Source: an uncultured bacterium
Lineage (GTDB): Bacteria; Patescibacteriota; Patescibacteriia; Magasanikbacterales; UBA922
Reading direction: 5' to 3'
NCBI GenBank assembly: GCA_937861125.1
Contig: CALMAY010000038.1
Location: forward strand, 190,921 to 254,920
Length of the DNA stretch: 64,000 bases
The position numbers were made by a program, and so were the translations under genes. Shown here in pieces: positions 55,457 through 64,000 of this stretch (positions within the stretch are counted from its first letter, which is position 1; every line of letters starts with the position of its first letter). The notes beneath the pieces were generated by a model that was not told where the DNA came from, made no database searches, and saw only the letters and a program-made list of their open reading frames with translations.

Positions 55457-56371
55457 CTGCGTATCCAAAAACTGTTTTCCATATCCTCGAACAAACTCCT
55501 CCACACTCATCACAGATTTCCCTTCCAGCTGAATTTGCTCGATTTCAACACTAGAATCACCAGTACCGATAAAGAGGCGAGAACCATCAACAACAGCCTT
55601 CCCAGGGCTGTTTTTGCGCTCTGAGGGCTTGATGGCGAGAAGCTTGAGTCGTTTGTCACCCCACATCGTCCAGATACCTGGCCATGGGGTGTAGGCACGG
55701 TACATATTGTAAATTTCTGCGGTTGTTTTATTCCAATCAATTTTACCATCTTCACGAGAAATCATTTTACATCCAGTCGCTTGTGTGTGGTCTTGTTCCT
55801 CTGGAATAAGACTTCCGCTGAGATACAGTGGAAGCGTGGTGTTGAGCAGTGTCGCTCCGATCTCTGCCATACGTGCATCGAGCTGCGGATATGTTTCGTC
55901 TGGAAAAATCTCAATCGTACTTTGTGAGAGAATCGCACCAGTATCCATGCCTTTATCCATTTTCATAATCGTCACACCAGTTTGTGTCTCACCATCTCGC
56001 AATGCTGATTGGATAGGGGATGCACCACGATATTTTGGTAGCAAAGATGTGTGAACGTTGATAATTCCTTTTGGAAACAAATCAAGCACAGATTGAGGAA
56101 TAATCGCACCGTACTGTGCGCAGACTGCAAACTGACAGTCTTCTGAGATTTCAATCTTTTGATCTTTCAATTTCTCTGGCTGAAATACTGGAATGCCATA
56201 CTGTTCTGCAAGTATTTTTGTCGCTGGTTTTTGCATCTCTTGTTTTCTCCCTACCGGACGATCTGGCTGAGTCACGACAAGTTCAACAACACAGCCTGCG
56301 TCAATGAGGGATTGAAGGATAGTTTTGGCGAAGTCGTGGGTGCCGAAGAAAACTAAAGAAGATTTTTCCAT
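55451..56371 (-). CDS. fmt: methionyl-tRNA formyltransferase
   Basis: VFFGTHDFA, QPDRPVGRK, INVHTSLLPKYRGASPIQ. Confidence 0.95.
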   Translation of the reverse strand: MEKSSLVFFGTHDFAKTILQSLIDAGCVVELVVTQPDRPVGRKQEMQKPATKILAEQYGIPVFQPEKLKDQKIEISEDCQFAVCAQYGAIIPQSVLDLFPKGIINVHTSLLPKYRGASPIQSALRDGETQTGVTIMKMDKGMDTGAILSQSTIEIFPDETYPQLDARMAEIGATLLNTTLPLYLSGSLIPEEQDHTQATGCKMISREDGKIDWNKTTAEIYNMYRAYTPWPGIWTMWGDKRLKLLAIKPSERKNSPGKAVVDGSRLFIGTGDSSVEIEQIQLEGKSVMSVEEFVRGYGKQFLDTQL

Positions 56372-56871
56372 ATTTGATTAAATATTTCTCTTGCAAGACG
56401 TTCAGCCGACTGAGAATCTTTATGATTATTAAAATGAATTTCATTTTGAAAAGTTGGCCACTGTTTTTTATGTTGACGAACCAAAAAACAAAACTCCGCT
56501 TCAACAACCTCAACATATTCCCGATCATTATCGTACTTATCATCGAAAGTGTATACATGTAGTACCATTTCTCGCTGTAAATTATTTTGTGGACTTATCC
56601 ACTTATAACCCCCATACCCAGCTTTTTTTATACCAGTTTTAGCATATGTGTTATAACTTCTAAAACCCCTATTCATTCTTTCTTTTATAGAGGTATTTGT
56701 TTCACCTACATAAAAACAATCACTCTCGTGGCTAACGATATACAGTTTTCTACGAATTTTTTTAGTAGATAAAAAATCTTTTACACTTTCTGGAAAAATT
56801 TCAAAACTGCATGTTTTATTCGCATGATCTTTTATTTTTAAAAAATACTTTTCTAGAAAAAAAGACGTCAT
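56353..56871 (-). CDS. GIY-YIG nuclease-domain protein inserted between def and fmt
   Basis: 172 aa, AT-rich. KLYIVSHESDCFYVGETNTSIKERMNRG gives GIY...YIG plus the conserved Arg. VEAEF supplies the Glu. It overlaps the fmt start by 19 nt and begins 1 nt after the def stop. Confidence 0.6.
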   Translation of the reverse strand: MTSFFLEKYFLKIKDHANKTCSFEIFPESVKDFLSTKKIRRKLYIVSHESDCFYVGETNTSIKERMNRGFRSYNTYAKTGIKKAGYGGYKWISPQNNLQREMVLHVYTFDDKYDNDREYVEVVEAEFCFLVRQHKKQWPTFQNEIHFNNHKDSQSAERLAREIFNQIWKNLL

Positions 56872-56872
56872 G

Positions 56873-57397
56873 TTATATACTTAAATCTTGCAATCTAACA
56901 GGCTCGGACTCATCCTCTGATAGCACCCGATACATATTGGTCGCTTTCTCAACAAACAAGACACCATGGAGATGATCCACCTCATGCTGAATCACACGAG
57001 CAAAAAAATCTGTCGCATCAAATGAGAGTGGTTTGCCCATGATATCGAGCGCATCGACATAAATTTTTTTATATCGAGAGACATCACCGTAGACATTGGG
57101 AATTGAGAGACACCCTTCAGCATCAATCACTTCTTTTTTTGATAGTTTTATCCAAACTGGATTAATCAGAACCAGATCTTCTTTCAACATATTTGGAGCT
57201 GCGTCTTTACTAATAACACAGACAGAGATTCCAGCGTTCACCTGAGGGGCAGCGAGACCGACACCACGTGCTGCACGCATAGTAGGGGAAAGCTCATTGG
57301 CAAACATACCAAAATCAGCACTAGCGATTGTCTCTGGTGTGACGAGTGCCGTTTCGGCTTTTAGAATTTTATTTGGAATGGTTATTATAGATAACAT
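56873..57397 (-). CDS. def: peptide deformylase
   Basis: GVGLAAPQVN, EGCLSIP, QHEVDHLHG. Confidence 0.95.
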   Translation of the reverse strand: MLSIITIPNKILKAETALVTPETIASADFGMFANELSPTMRAARGVGLAAPQVNAGISVCVISKDAAPNMLKEDLVLINPVWIKLSKKEVIDAEGCLSIPNVYGDVSRYKKIYVDALDIMGKPLSFDATDFFARVIQHEVDHLHGVLFVEKATNMYRVLSEDESEPVRLQDLSI

Positions 57398-57485
57398 ACA
57401 CGAGATTGATTCACGAATTGAACAGATTAAACAAATTTGAACGAATCAGTAATAATCAGCCAAATCCGTTTCATTTGCGAATCTA

Positions 57486-59339
57486 TCAAAAACTGAGTAA
57501 GTTGATAGGATTTGGATCGACTTTAACATCAGCCGCAAACAAACCATTTAAGAACAAAATATCATTGACCCAGGTCGCCATCGGGATATGAGCCACTATA
57601 CCGTACCAGTGGCGGCGCTGGACAAACGATGGACTCATTTGATACGGCCGTTCTAGTATAATAGGACTCTTTTTTTCTGTCAATGTGGCTAAAATCGTAT
57701 CAAAATAGCGTTGTGCTGTCTGTTTTGAAAGCTCGAGCGTCTCTCCTGGGATACAATATTTGACGAGACAAAAATACGGAGGATAGGAGACCACTTTACG
57801 AGTTTGAAGTTCGGTACGATACCAGCGTTCTTTTTCATTCAGAGAGCGAATCACAATGTGCTTCGAATTGTGTGTTTGCAAAAATAATGTACTTGTGCCA
57901 GTACGATAATAATTGAACGACTCAATCGTATGCCATACTTCCTCATGTGAGAGAAACTCCGGCATCTGTAACTCACTATCCACATCCACATACACAATCG
58001 TCTCAAGTGATGAAAAGGGGAGACGACTCAGTATCGCCCGCGTACCAATAAAAATAGTTCGTTCACGATACGAGACAAATGTCTCAGTATCAACCGTCGC
58101 ATCAATACGAACAATACGATGAGTTTTCCCATATCGCTCTTTGAGTTCTTTTTCCAGTCGTTCTGTCCCAATCCCAGCCAAATGGAGGATTGGGTGCTGA
58201 CATGATGGGCAACTTGGTGGTAACGGGCCGGTTCTTTTGCAATGTCCGCATGATAACGTTTGTGTTTTTTCAAAATACTTGGCCGCACCGCCGCAGACTG
58301 AACAAACGATACTTTGGTGACACGACTTACACACCACCGCCTGAGCAAAACCAGTACGGTTGATATAGCACAAGACATTGCCGGTATGACTCGCAATATG
58401 TTCATGAATTGATTCAGCAAGTGTGCCTTTCATTCCTTTTTTCCATTCATTTTCGATCGAGATAATTTCTTGTGGTTTTTTTGTGGTTGATAACACTAAT
58501 TCACCATCAATCAAACCCTTGCGTACACCAAAAAATGTACTAGTACTCGGCGAAAAAGAGGTGTAAATAGACTGTGCACCATAAACACGAGCTAGCAATG
58601 CAACCATATCACGTGTATGGTATCGTGGTGCTTGGTCAGACTGTTTGTGCTGTTCATCATGTTCGTAATCAAGAATAATGGTGTAGAGCGCAAAAAACGG
58701 CAACATCGCGACACTGCGCGTCCCAATAATAATTCTCTTTTGTCCATTTCGGATCTGCCACCAGTGCTCAAATTTTTCTTTTTCAGTGAGTTCTGCATGC
58801 CAGAGAATAGCCTCATCTTGCATATGCTGTGGCATCAATTCAAGCACCTCATCAATACGCTCGATAGTGGGGACAACAATCAGTGTGTACCCCTTGCTAT
58901 GTTTTTCCAGCACTTGCGCATGTTCTGATGCCATATCATATCCCAACCAGCATGCTTTTTTTATCTCTTTTTTTTGTTCAATCAAACGAGGCGTCACGCT
59001 CATCTTTTTTAACTTCGTTTTCTGAAGTGGTGACATACTCAGGAGCAGTACAGTCGAAATGTTGATGCGGTATACCTGCGCAATCACACCATACAAATCC
59101 AACTGTGTTTGAGTATAGAGCGGCTCAATAAACACAATCGAGGAAAGTGTTTTCAATACTCGATTCGGCTGTACATCGTTATGTAAAGCCAAAACAAGCC
59201 CGAAACATTCGGACTTGCGAAAAGGGATAGAGACGAGCTGACCGACTGCAATGCCTGATTCAAGTGCACTTGGTACTTCGTAATCAAACTCTGCTTTGAT
59301 GTTTGGCAGTCGGACGAGCGGAACGACACGAGCAATCAT
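57486..59339 (-). CDS. priA: primosomal protein N' (PriA)-like, without a recognisable Walker A motif
   Basis: N-terminal 3'-DNA-binding-like domain. IILDYEHDEQHKQ is a DExH-like box. IIIGTRSV. The Cys-rich Zn module is CKSCHQSIVCSVCGG...CGHC...CPSC. No GxGKT is present where PriA normally has GVTGSGKTEVY. I use ATG 59339. Confidence 0.8.
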   Translation of the reverse strand: MIARVVPLVRLPNIKAEFDYEVPSALESGIAVGQLVSIPFRKSECFGLVLALHNDVQPNRVLKTLSSIVFIEPLYTQTQLDLYGVIAQVYRINISTVLLLSMSPLQKTKLKKMSVTPRLIEQKKEIKKACWLGYDMASEHAQVLEKHSKGYTLIVVPTIERIDEVLELMPQHMQDEAILWHAELTEKEKFEHWWQIRNGQKRIIIGTRSVAMLPFFALYTIILDYEHDEQHKQSDQAPRYHTRDMVALLARVYGAQSIYTSFSPSTSTFFGVRKGLIDGELVLSTTKKPQEIISIENEWKKGMKGTLAESIHEHIASHTGNVLCYINRTGFAQAVVCKSCHQSIVCSVCGGAAKYFEKTQTLSCGHCKRTGPLPPSCPSCQHPILHLAGIGTERLEKELKERYGKTHRIVRIDATVDTETFVSYRERTIFIGTRAILSRLPFSSLETIVYVDVDSELQMPEFLSHEEVWHTIESFNYYRTGTSTLFLQTHNSKHIVIRSLNEKERWYRTELQTRKVVSYPPYFCLVKYCIPGETLELSKQTAQRYFDTILATLTEKKSPIILERPYQMSPSFVQRRHWYGIVAHIPMATWVNDILFLNGLFAADVKVDPNPINLLSF

Positions 59340-59360
59340 ACGACGTGCACACAACAAATA

Positions 59361-60155
59361 CTAGAAAACAAAATTACCCACCAAGTATCCAACCCCAAAT
59401 GGAGCTTCGTACGAATAATTTTTAAAGGTATAATCCATATCGCGAAGCATACCAAGCAAAATCAATGTACTGCGATAGGAACATTCTTGTGCATCTTTTA
59501 TCACTGTTTGGTCCATCTGTGTAATCCCAACAGTATTACGTGTTTGCAATAATTCAATCAATGTATCATCAAACACTTTTCCGTTTGCATGAAATCCACC
59601 AGGAGCGCCCTGCGCAAGACAATGTGACATATCACCAGAAGCAATCACAGCCACACGCTTGTCAGTATCAAAGATAACATGTTTGAGCAGCTCACCAAAT
59701 GATAAATGCATTTTTGCATCAAGCGCAGAATACCCAACAGGGACAATTTTTACCCCATCAAGATGTGAACAGAGGAAGTGTAGGGGAATACTCACACCAT
59801 GATCCAGTTTTTCTTCACTAATCAGACGAACCGGAAAACCATCTTTTTCTACGGCATGTTGTGCGATACGAGCCCCAATGTCTGGGATTCCTTTCCACTC
59901 TTTCTTGACAGAAAACTCGCCAAACTCTTCGTAGTTTGCAAAAAAATGTGTATGCGCATTGATCGTAAACGCCTCCTCAAAACGTCCGGTATGCGGAGAA
60001 ATAATGACAACAACCTGTGGTTTGGCAATATAGAGGTCTTGTTCGAGTTGCTCAAACGCAGCTTTTGTTTTTGCCAACTGCTGCACTTTATCTTTTCCAA
60101 TTTCAGGAATAAGAAGTGGTGGATGAGGGACAATACCCGCAAAGACGAGAGACAT
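59361..60155 (-). CDS. LigB/MEMO1-type (class III extradiol dioxygenase subunit B-like) family protein
   Basis: FAGIVPHPPLLIPEIG, VVIISPH, DHGVSIPL, ASGDMSH. Confidence 0.6.
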   Translation of the reverse strand: MSLVFAGIVPHPPLLIPEIGKDKVQQLAKTKAAFEQLEQDLYIAKPQVVVIISPHTGRFEEAFTINAHTHFFANYEEFGEFSVKKEWKGIPDIGARIAQHAVEKDGFPVRLISEEKLDHGVSIPLHFLCSHLDGVKIVPVGYSALDAKMHLSFGELLKHVIFDTDKRVAVIASGDMSHCLAQGAPGGFHANGKVFDDTLIELLQTRNTVGITQMDQTVIKDAQECSYRSTLILLGMLRDMDYTFKNYSYEAPFGVGYLVGNFVF

Positions 60156-60169
60156 ATGTTTGAAATGAC

Positions 60170-60267
60170 AAATTTCTAATTACTAATTTCTAATGAAACA
60201 ACGAAAAGAGAATGGATAGTAGCATTGGAAATTTCATTAGAAATTAGATATTAGTAATTAGAAATTT
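60170..60267. repeat. long AT-rich inverted repeat built from 7-bp AATTWCT units
   Basis: The left arm is aaatttctaattactaatttctaatgaaa (60170-60198). The right arm is tttcattagaaattag[atatt]agtaattagaaattt (60232-60267). The right arm overlaps the last codons and the stop of the carboxypeptidase gene. Confidence 0.85.
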
Positions 60268-62567
60268 TTAAGTGCCCATGTTGCCAATCGCTCAGGTTCA
60301 ACAAACCGATTCCTATAATCTGGATTTCCCATTGTAAGAATAATAAATTTCTTTTTATCTTTTGGACGTTGCACCACCATGATCAAATTTGACCCAGCCT
60401 CATCGAGATACCCCGTTTTACTCTCAAGTATAGTAAACCCTAAATCTGTCTTTCCTGCAAGTTTATTCGTATTTGTATCAAAATGAGTTGGTTTACCATC
60501 TAAATCTAGCACCTCATCATATGAATATTCTGTCTTACGCAAATATTCACTTATAGTACTATTTTCAGTCAGCATCTTAAAAGCATGTACATATTCACGT
60601 GGTGTTGCAATATTTTTTACCTCTTCTCCCGAAACATCCAAAAACGAAAATGTAGTCAGTCCATCAGCATGTAACCGTTTGGTCATTGATCCAAGAAACA
60701 CCTCGTCTTCAGAAATATTTTGTACCAACATTCTTCCAGCCCGATTGAGTGATGAAACAAGAAACGAATCCATCAAGTCTGAATTTCTCACCACTTCACC
60801 TGGGGCAATACGAAAATAATTATACAATACACGATGTTTCGCTACATCATACGCAGTTTTTTTACTCAGAGAAAGTCCATCTTTGAGAAGATAGTATGCT
60901 GTGAGCGGTTTGACCAATGAAGCAAGTGGACGCAGTGTATCGACATTTTTTCCAGCCAAAATTTTTAGCGAATCATACTCGGCAACAATATAACTATCTA
61001 CATTGGTATCAAATTTTGTACCAATAAACATTGTTTCCTCTGTTGGTGTCACAACCATCTCTCCTTCAGTGAATAAAAAAGAAGTATTTTGAACAACATC
61101 TTCTTTGACTGAAGCGACGGTATCAGTCAAAACAGGAGAAACGACTGGTTTTGAGACAGCAGTAGGTGTTGGTACTGCTGCTACAGAAGACCCGTCGGTT
61201 GCATCAACCGAAATAGGCGCGCCTGTTTTGTGTGCCAATCCAGTGGCTTCGTTTACCACAATAATATTTTTCTTGTTATATCCAAGTGCAGTAAACAGTT
61301 CATCTGATTTGATCTGTCGTTTTTTACCACCGTCAATGACATATATACGTTCACTACCCACCATCTGCATCAATGAACCGTTTGGAAGTAACAAGTTACC
61401 CGCATCAATAAGTCCATTTAACTCCGCTCTGTTACCGGCATTTTCTTTGAGTTTAGGATACGCTGCGAGCGCAACTTTAGGATCAGGAACAGTGTAGAAA
61501 GAATCACCCTTGATCAATATCAAGGCATCTGGATTTTTGACACGAACCAAGCGGCCTTGAGTATATTTTTCACTCCCATCAATGACACTACCAAGCTCAT
61601 ATCCTTCAATATCAGCTTCTGTGGCTTCTACTATCTCATCTGGATTGTATCCAAGTTTACGCACCACCTCGGCATTCGCAAATGGACGAACAGTTTCGAA
61701 ATCAACAAGATAATAGGTATCATCCACAAGAAGGATTGAATAATTTGGAAATGTAATCGGAGACCCCTCTTCGTATCGTGCAATTTCTGATGCAGGCACT
61801 GTGACAATAGTTGCTGTGTTGTATCGTGAGTGGAGCACAGACATACTCGAAATTAAGCGCTTCTTTCCACCTGAGAGCACGTAGACTCCTGGACTATCCG
61901 CACTCTTGAGTAGTGTCCCATCAGGATATGTTTGTCCAAACCAAGACTGCCAGAGCTTCCAAAAATTTTCGTTTCCCTGAAGATGTGGCGTATACGTATA
62001 CAAAAACGCCGTTGCCATTGTTTTTGGTGTCACAGACTCACCATTGATAGTGTACGTAATATCTTTCTTTTTGATAAATCCTTGTGTTCCAACATTATCA
62101 TAATACCAACGCATAATACCAGCAGCACTATCTACCTGTTTTCCAAATCCTTTATTTTTTTGGATTTTTGGATCATCCATACTACAACTATCACACACTG
62201 CATACCCTGCTGCCCAGTCGAGCTGCTTTTGAGTTGGTGCTTTCGCTGTAATAAGACTCTGTTCTTTTTGTAGTTTAACCAAAATATACTTTGGGTTGAT
62301 CTTGTACTCTTGGGAAGCACGATAGATCATATCAGCCACTGTTCGTTTCTTTCCATTCACATCTGATGTTTTTAATTTTGCAAGCCCACTCTTTTTTTCA
62401 CGTAAAAAAAGCTGGATATCAGATTTACTCATACTTTTATAATCCGTCAGCTGCTCATCTGAGATAATATAATCAGGATTAAACGAAGAAGTGGCAAACG
62501 TCACCTGTGGAGCAACTACTGTTGCAACAAGAAAAACAAAAAAGCTTTTTTTGAGAAAGGTATTCAT
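60258..62567 (-). CDS. secreted D-alanyl-D-alanine carboxypeptidase (S11-like) with a large N-terminal repeat-containing region
   Basis: Signal peptide. The C-terminal penicillin-binding module has SxxK (PLASLVKPLTAYY) plus SLNRAG and TGYLDEAG. The N-terminal region has repeated YVLSGGKKRLI / YVIDGGKKRQI units. Confidence 0.75.
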   Translation of the reverse strand: MNTFLKKSFFVFLVATVVAPQVTFATSSFNPDYIISDEQLTDYKSMSKSDIQLFLREKKSGLAKLKTSDVNGKKRTVADMIYRASQEYKINPKYILVKLQKEQSLITAKAPTQKQLDWAAGYAVCDSCSMDDPKIQKNKGFGKQVDSAAGIMRWYYDNVGTQGFIKKKDITYTINGESVTPKTMATAFLYTYTPHLQGNENFWKLWQSWFGQTYPDGTLLKSADSPGVYVLSGGKKRLISSMSVLHSRYNTATIVTVPASEIARYEEGSPITFPNYSILLVDDTYYLVDFETVRPFANAEVVRKLGYNPDEIVEATEADIEGYELGSVIDGSEKYTQGRLVRVKNPDALILIKGDSFYTVPDPKVALAAYPKLKENAGNRAELNGLIDAGNLLLPNGSLMQMVGSERIYVIDGGKKRQIKSDELFTALGYNKKNIIVVNEATGLAHKTGAPISVDATDGSSVAAVPTPTAVSKPVVSPVLTDTVASVKEDVVQNTSFLFTEGEMVVTPTEETMFIGTKFDTNVDSYIVAEYDSLKILAGKNVDTLRPLASLVKPLTAYYLLKDGLSLSKKTAYDVAKHRVLYNYFRIAPGEVVRNSDLMDSFLVSSLNRAGRMLVQNISEDEVFLGSMTKRLHADGLTTFSFLDVSGEEVKNIATPREYVHAFKMLTENSTISEYLRKTEYSYDEVLDLDGKPTHFDTNTNKLAGKTDLGFTILESKTGYLDEAGSNLIMVVQRPKDKKKFIILTMGNPDYRNRFVEPERLATWALKNF

Positions 62568-62665
62568 AGTGGGTATAGTATAGCAGAAAAGTAGGAGAGC
62601 GACAATGTTTTTGAGATAAAAACGTAAGTTGCAAAAAGCCCTCTATTCTGGTATAGTTTCAACAT

Positions 62666-62799
62666 TGTCATCCCGAGCGAAACCCCGCGATAGCGAGGTG
62701 AAGCCGAGGGATCCCTTTCTTACGCCTGACCTAGCCCGAACGAAGTGAATAAATGTTCAACCCGATCAAAAATGATCCTTCACTGCGTTCAGGATGACA
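62666..62799. repeat. inverted pair of short palindromic GTCATCC[CT]GA...GGATC repeat units
   Basis: Unit A (+) is tgtcatcccgagcgaa[...]gccgagggatc at 62666-62713, with an internal expansion. A partial unit, cccgaacgaagtgaa, lies at about 62745-62759. Unit B (-) is tgtcatcctgaacgcagtgaaggatc at 62774-62799. All lie in the rsmI upstream region. Confidence 0.7.
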
Positions 62800-62813
62800 A
62801 CCAAAAAAACCAT

Positions 62814-63479
62814 ATGCTCTCCATTGTCGCCACACCTATTGGCAACCTTAAAGATATTACACAACGTGCACTTGAAACATTACGCGAGGCTGATTTGGTA
62901 TTGTGCGAAGACACAAGAAACACCAAAAAACTCCTCGACGCATATGAAATCAAAACACCAACCATGAGCTACCACCAGCACAGCGGGGGAGGAAAAGTGC
63001 GTGACATCATTAATCTACTCAAAGAAGGAAAACACCTCGCTCTGGTGACCGACGCTGGTACGCCAGGTATCTCAGATCCAGGCAATGCCCTCGTCGCACA
63101 AATTATCAAAGAAACCAATAAACAAATAGAGATTTCACCGATTCCAGGGGCTTCTGCTATTGCCGCAGCCCTCTCTATTTCTGGCTTTCCGACAGACAAA
63201 TTCATGTTCATGGGGTTCCCACCCCACAAAAACAAACGTAACAAGTACTTTCAAGAAGTAGCTGACTGCGAATACACGATCGCATTCTACGAATCCAACC
63301 ATCGCATCAAAAAAACACTCTCTGAACTCGCAGCCGTGCTCGACCCAAAGAGAGAAGTGTGCGTCTGCCGCGAACTGACCAAGCAGTTTGAGACCATCTA
63401 TCGTGGAACGATTTCGGAGATTATAGTGATGGAGGTAATGGAAAAAGGAGAATTCGTTGTTATTATCAATACACTTTAA
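62814..63479 (+). CDS. rsmI: 16S rRNA (cytidine1402-2'-O)-methyltransferase
   Basis: MLSIVATPIGNLKDITQRALETLREADLVLCEDTR and VTDAGTPGISDPG. The track's 5' extension reads through the repeat units, so I use ATG 62814. Confidence 0.92.
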   Translation: MLSIVATPIGNLKDITQRALETLREADLVLCEDTRNTKKLLDAYEIKTPTMSYHQHSGGGKVRDIINLLKEGKHLALVTDAGTPGISDPGNALVAQIIKETNKQIEISPIPGASAIAAALSISGFPTDKFMFMGFPPHKNKRNKYFQEVADCEYTIAFYESNHRIKKTLSELAAVLDPKREVCVCRELTKQFETIYRGTISEIIVMEVMEKGEFVVIINTL

Positions 63480-63481
63480 AT

Positions 63482-64000
63482 ATGAATAAAAACTACTACC
63501 TCACCACCACCCTCCCATACGTCAACTCCGACCCACATATCGGTTTTGCTTTAGAAATCATCCAAGCTGACGCGCTCTGCCGCTATCACCGCATGAAGGG
63601 TGAGACTGTGATTTTTAATACTGGTACTGACGAACACGGTTTAAAAATCTATCAGAAAGCGCTCGAAGGTGGACTCGAACCAAAAGAATACTGCGACGTC
63701 TACGCCGCCAAATTTGATGGTCTGCGTCAAGCACTTAACCTCACCTACACCAATTTTATCCGTACCACCGATGAGCACCACCTCGCTGCAGCACAGGAGT
63801 TTTGGAAACGCTGTGACGCAAATGGCGATATCTACAAAAAAACATACAAAGTAAAATACTGTGTTGGGTGTGAACTCGAAAAAACTGACTCTGAACTCGT
63901 CGATGGTCGCTGTCCGATCCACCCAAACCGTGATGTTGATTTTATTGACGAAGAAAACTACTTTTTCCGTTTTTCTAAATATCAGGAACCACTTCTGCAA
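63482..64000 (+). CDS. metG: methionine--tRNA ligase, N-terminal part (runs off the window)
   Basis: Hand translation: MNKNYYLTTTLPYVNSDPHIGFALEIIQADALCRYHRMKGETVIFNTGTDEHG...YCVGCELEKTDSELVDGRCPIHPN. Confidence 0.95.
   Translation, partial: MNKNYYLTTTLPYVNSDPHIGFALEIIQADALCRYHRMKGETVIFNTGTDEHGLKIYQKALEGGLEPKEYCDVYAAKFDGLRQALNLTYTNFIRTTDEHHLAAAQEFWKRCDANGDIYKKTYKVKYCVGCELEKTDSELVDGRCPIHPNRDVDFIDEENYFFRFSKYQEPLLQ

Noticed and set aside
1-64000. Alternative genetic code (UGA recoding as in some CPR lineages) and CRISPR arrays
   Set aside because: Conserved genes are uninterrupted under code 11, and several ORFs (10774-12204, 27770-29725, 47061-47567) end in TGA; all three stop codons are in use. 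The only in-frame stop inside a conserved gene is a TAA (nrdD). I saw no array of regularly spaced direct repeats. The only tandem repeats have 7-bp and 24-bp units.

Overview
64-kb chromosomal window from a small-genome, moderately AT-rich bacterium. It reads cleanly with the standard bacterial code: TAA, TAG and TGA all terminate conserved genes. Gene content suggests a Candidate Phyla Radiation / Patescibacteria (Parcubacteria-like) organism, but that placement is inference only. The pointers are a short AlaRS, a SWIB protein, an O-antigen-ligase/TPR membrane protein, and repeated TraD/VirD4-like ATPases with a lineage-specific N-domain. I call about 65 protein genes and one tRNA-Gln(CUG). 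I found no rRNA, CRISPR array, transposase or integrase. The backbone is nrdD-nrdG, hpf, secA, secD-secF, dus, folD, dnaX, dnaG-rpoD, sodA, tkt-pgi, mnmA, alaS, infA-rpmJ-rpsM-rpsK-rpsD-rpoA-rplQ, rplM-rpsI, a flippase plus two glycosyltransferases, def-fmt, priA, rsmI and metG. Most worth a second look: (1) an unclassified, GC-rich, multi-helix RNA of about 345 nt with its own promoter and terminator between hpf and secA; (2) a TraD/VirD4-like ATPase family present once as a fusion (N-domain + ATPase, in a 3-gene operon) and once split into two genes 24 kb apart; (3) nrdD interrupted by one in-frame TAA, which puts the glycyl-radical motif on a separate 70-aa ORF; (4) SecD carrying inserted parvulin-type PPIase modules; (5) a rearranged island between sodA and tkt, marked by a chimeric tkt'/sodA' pseudogene junction and carrying an atypical 651-aa CxxxCxxC protein and a Zn-ribbon methyltransferase; (6) AT-rich single-gene insertions (HEPN-like, GIY-YIG) wedged into tkt-pgi and def-fmt; (7) 7-bp tandem repeats inserted in frame in tkt, mnmA and secA; (8) rpoA without an alpha-CTD, a circularly permuted DsbA and a Walker-A-less PriA. 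All family calls come from motif recognition by eye. No database search was run.
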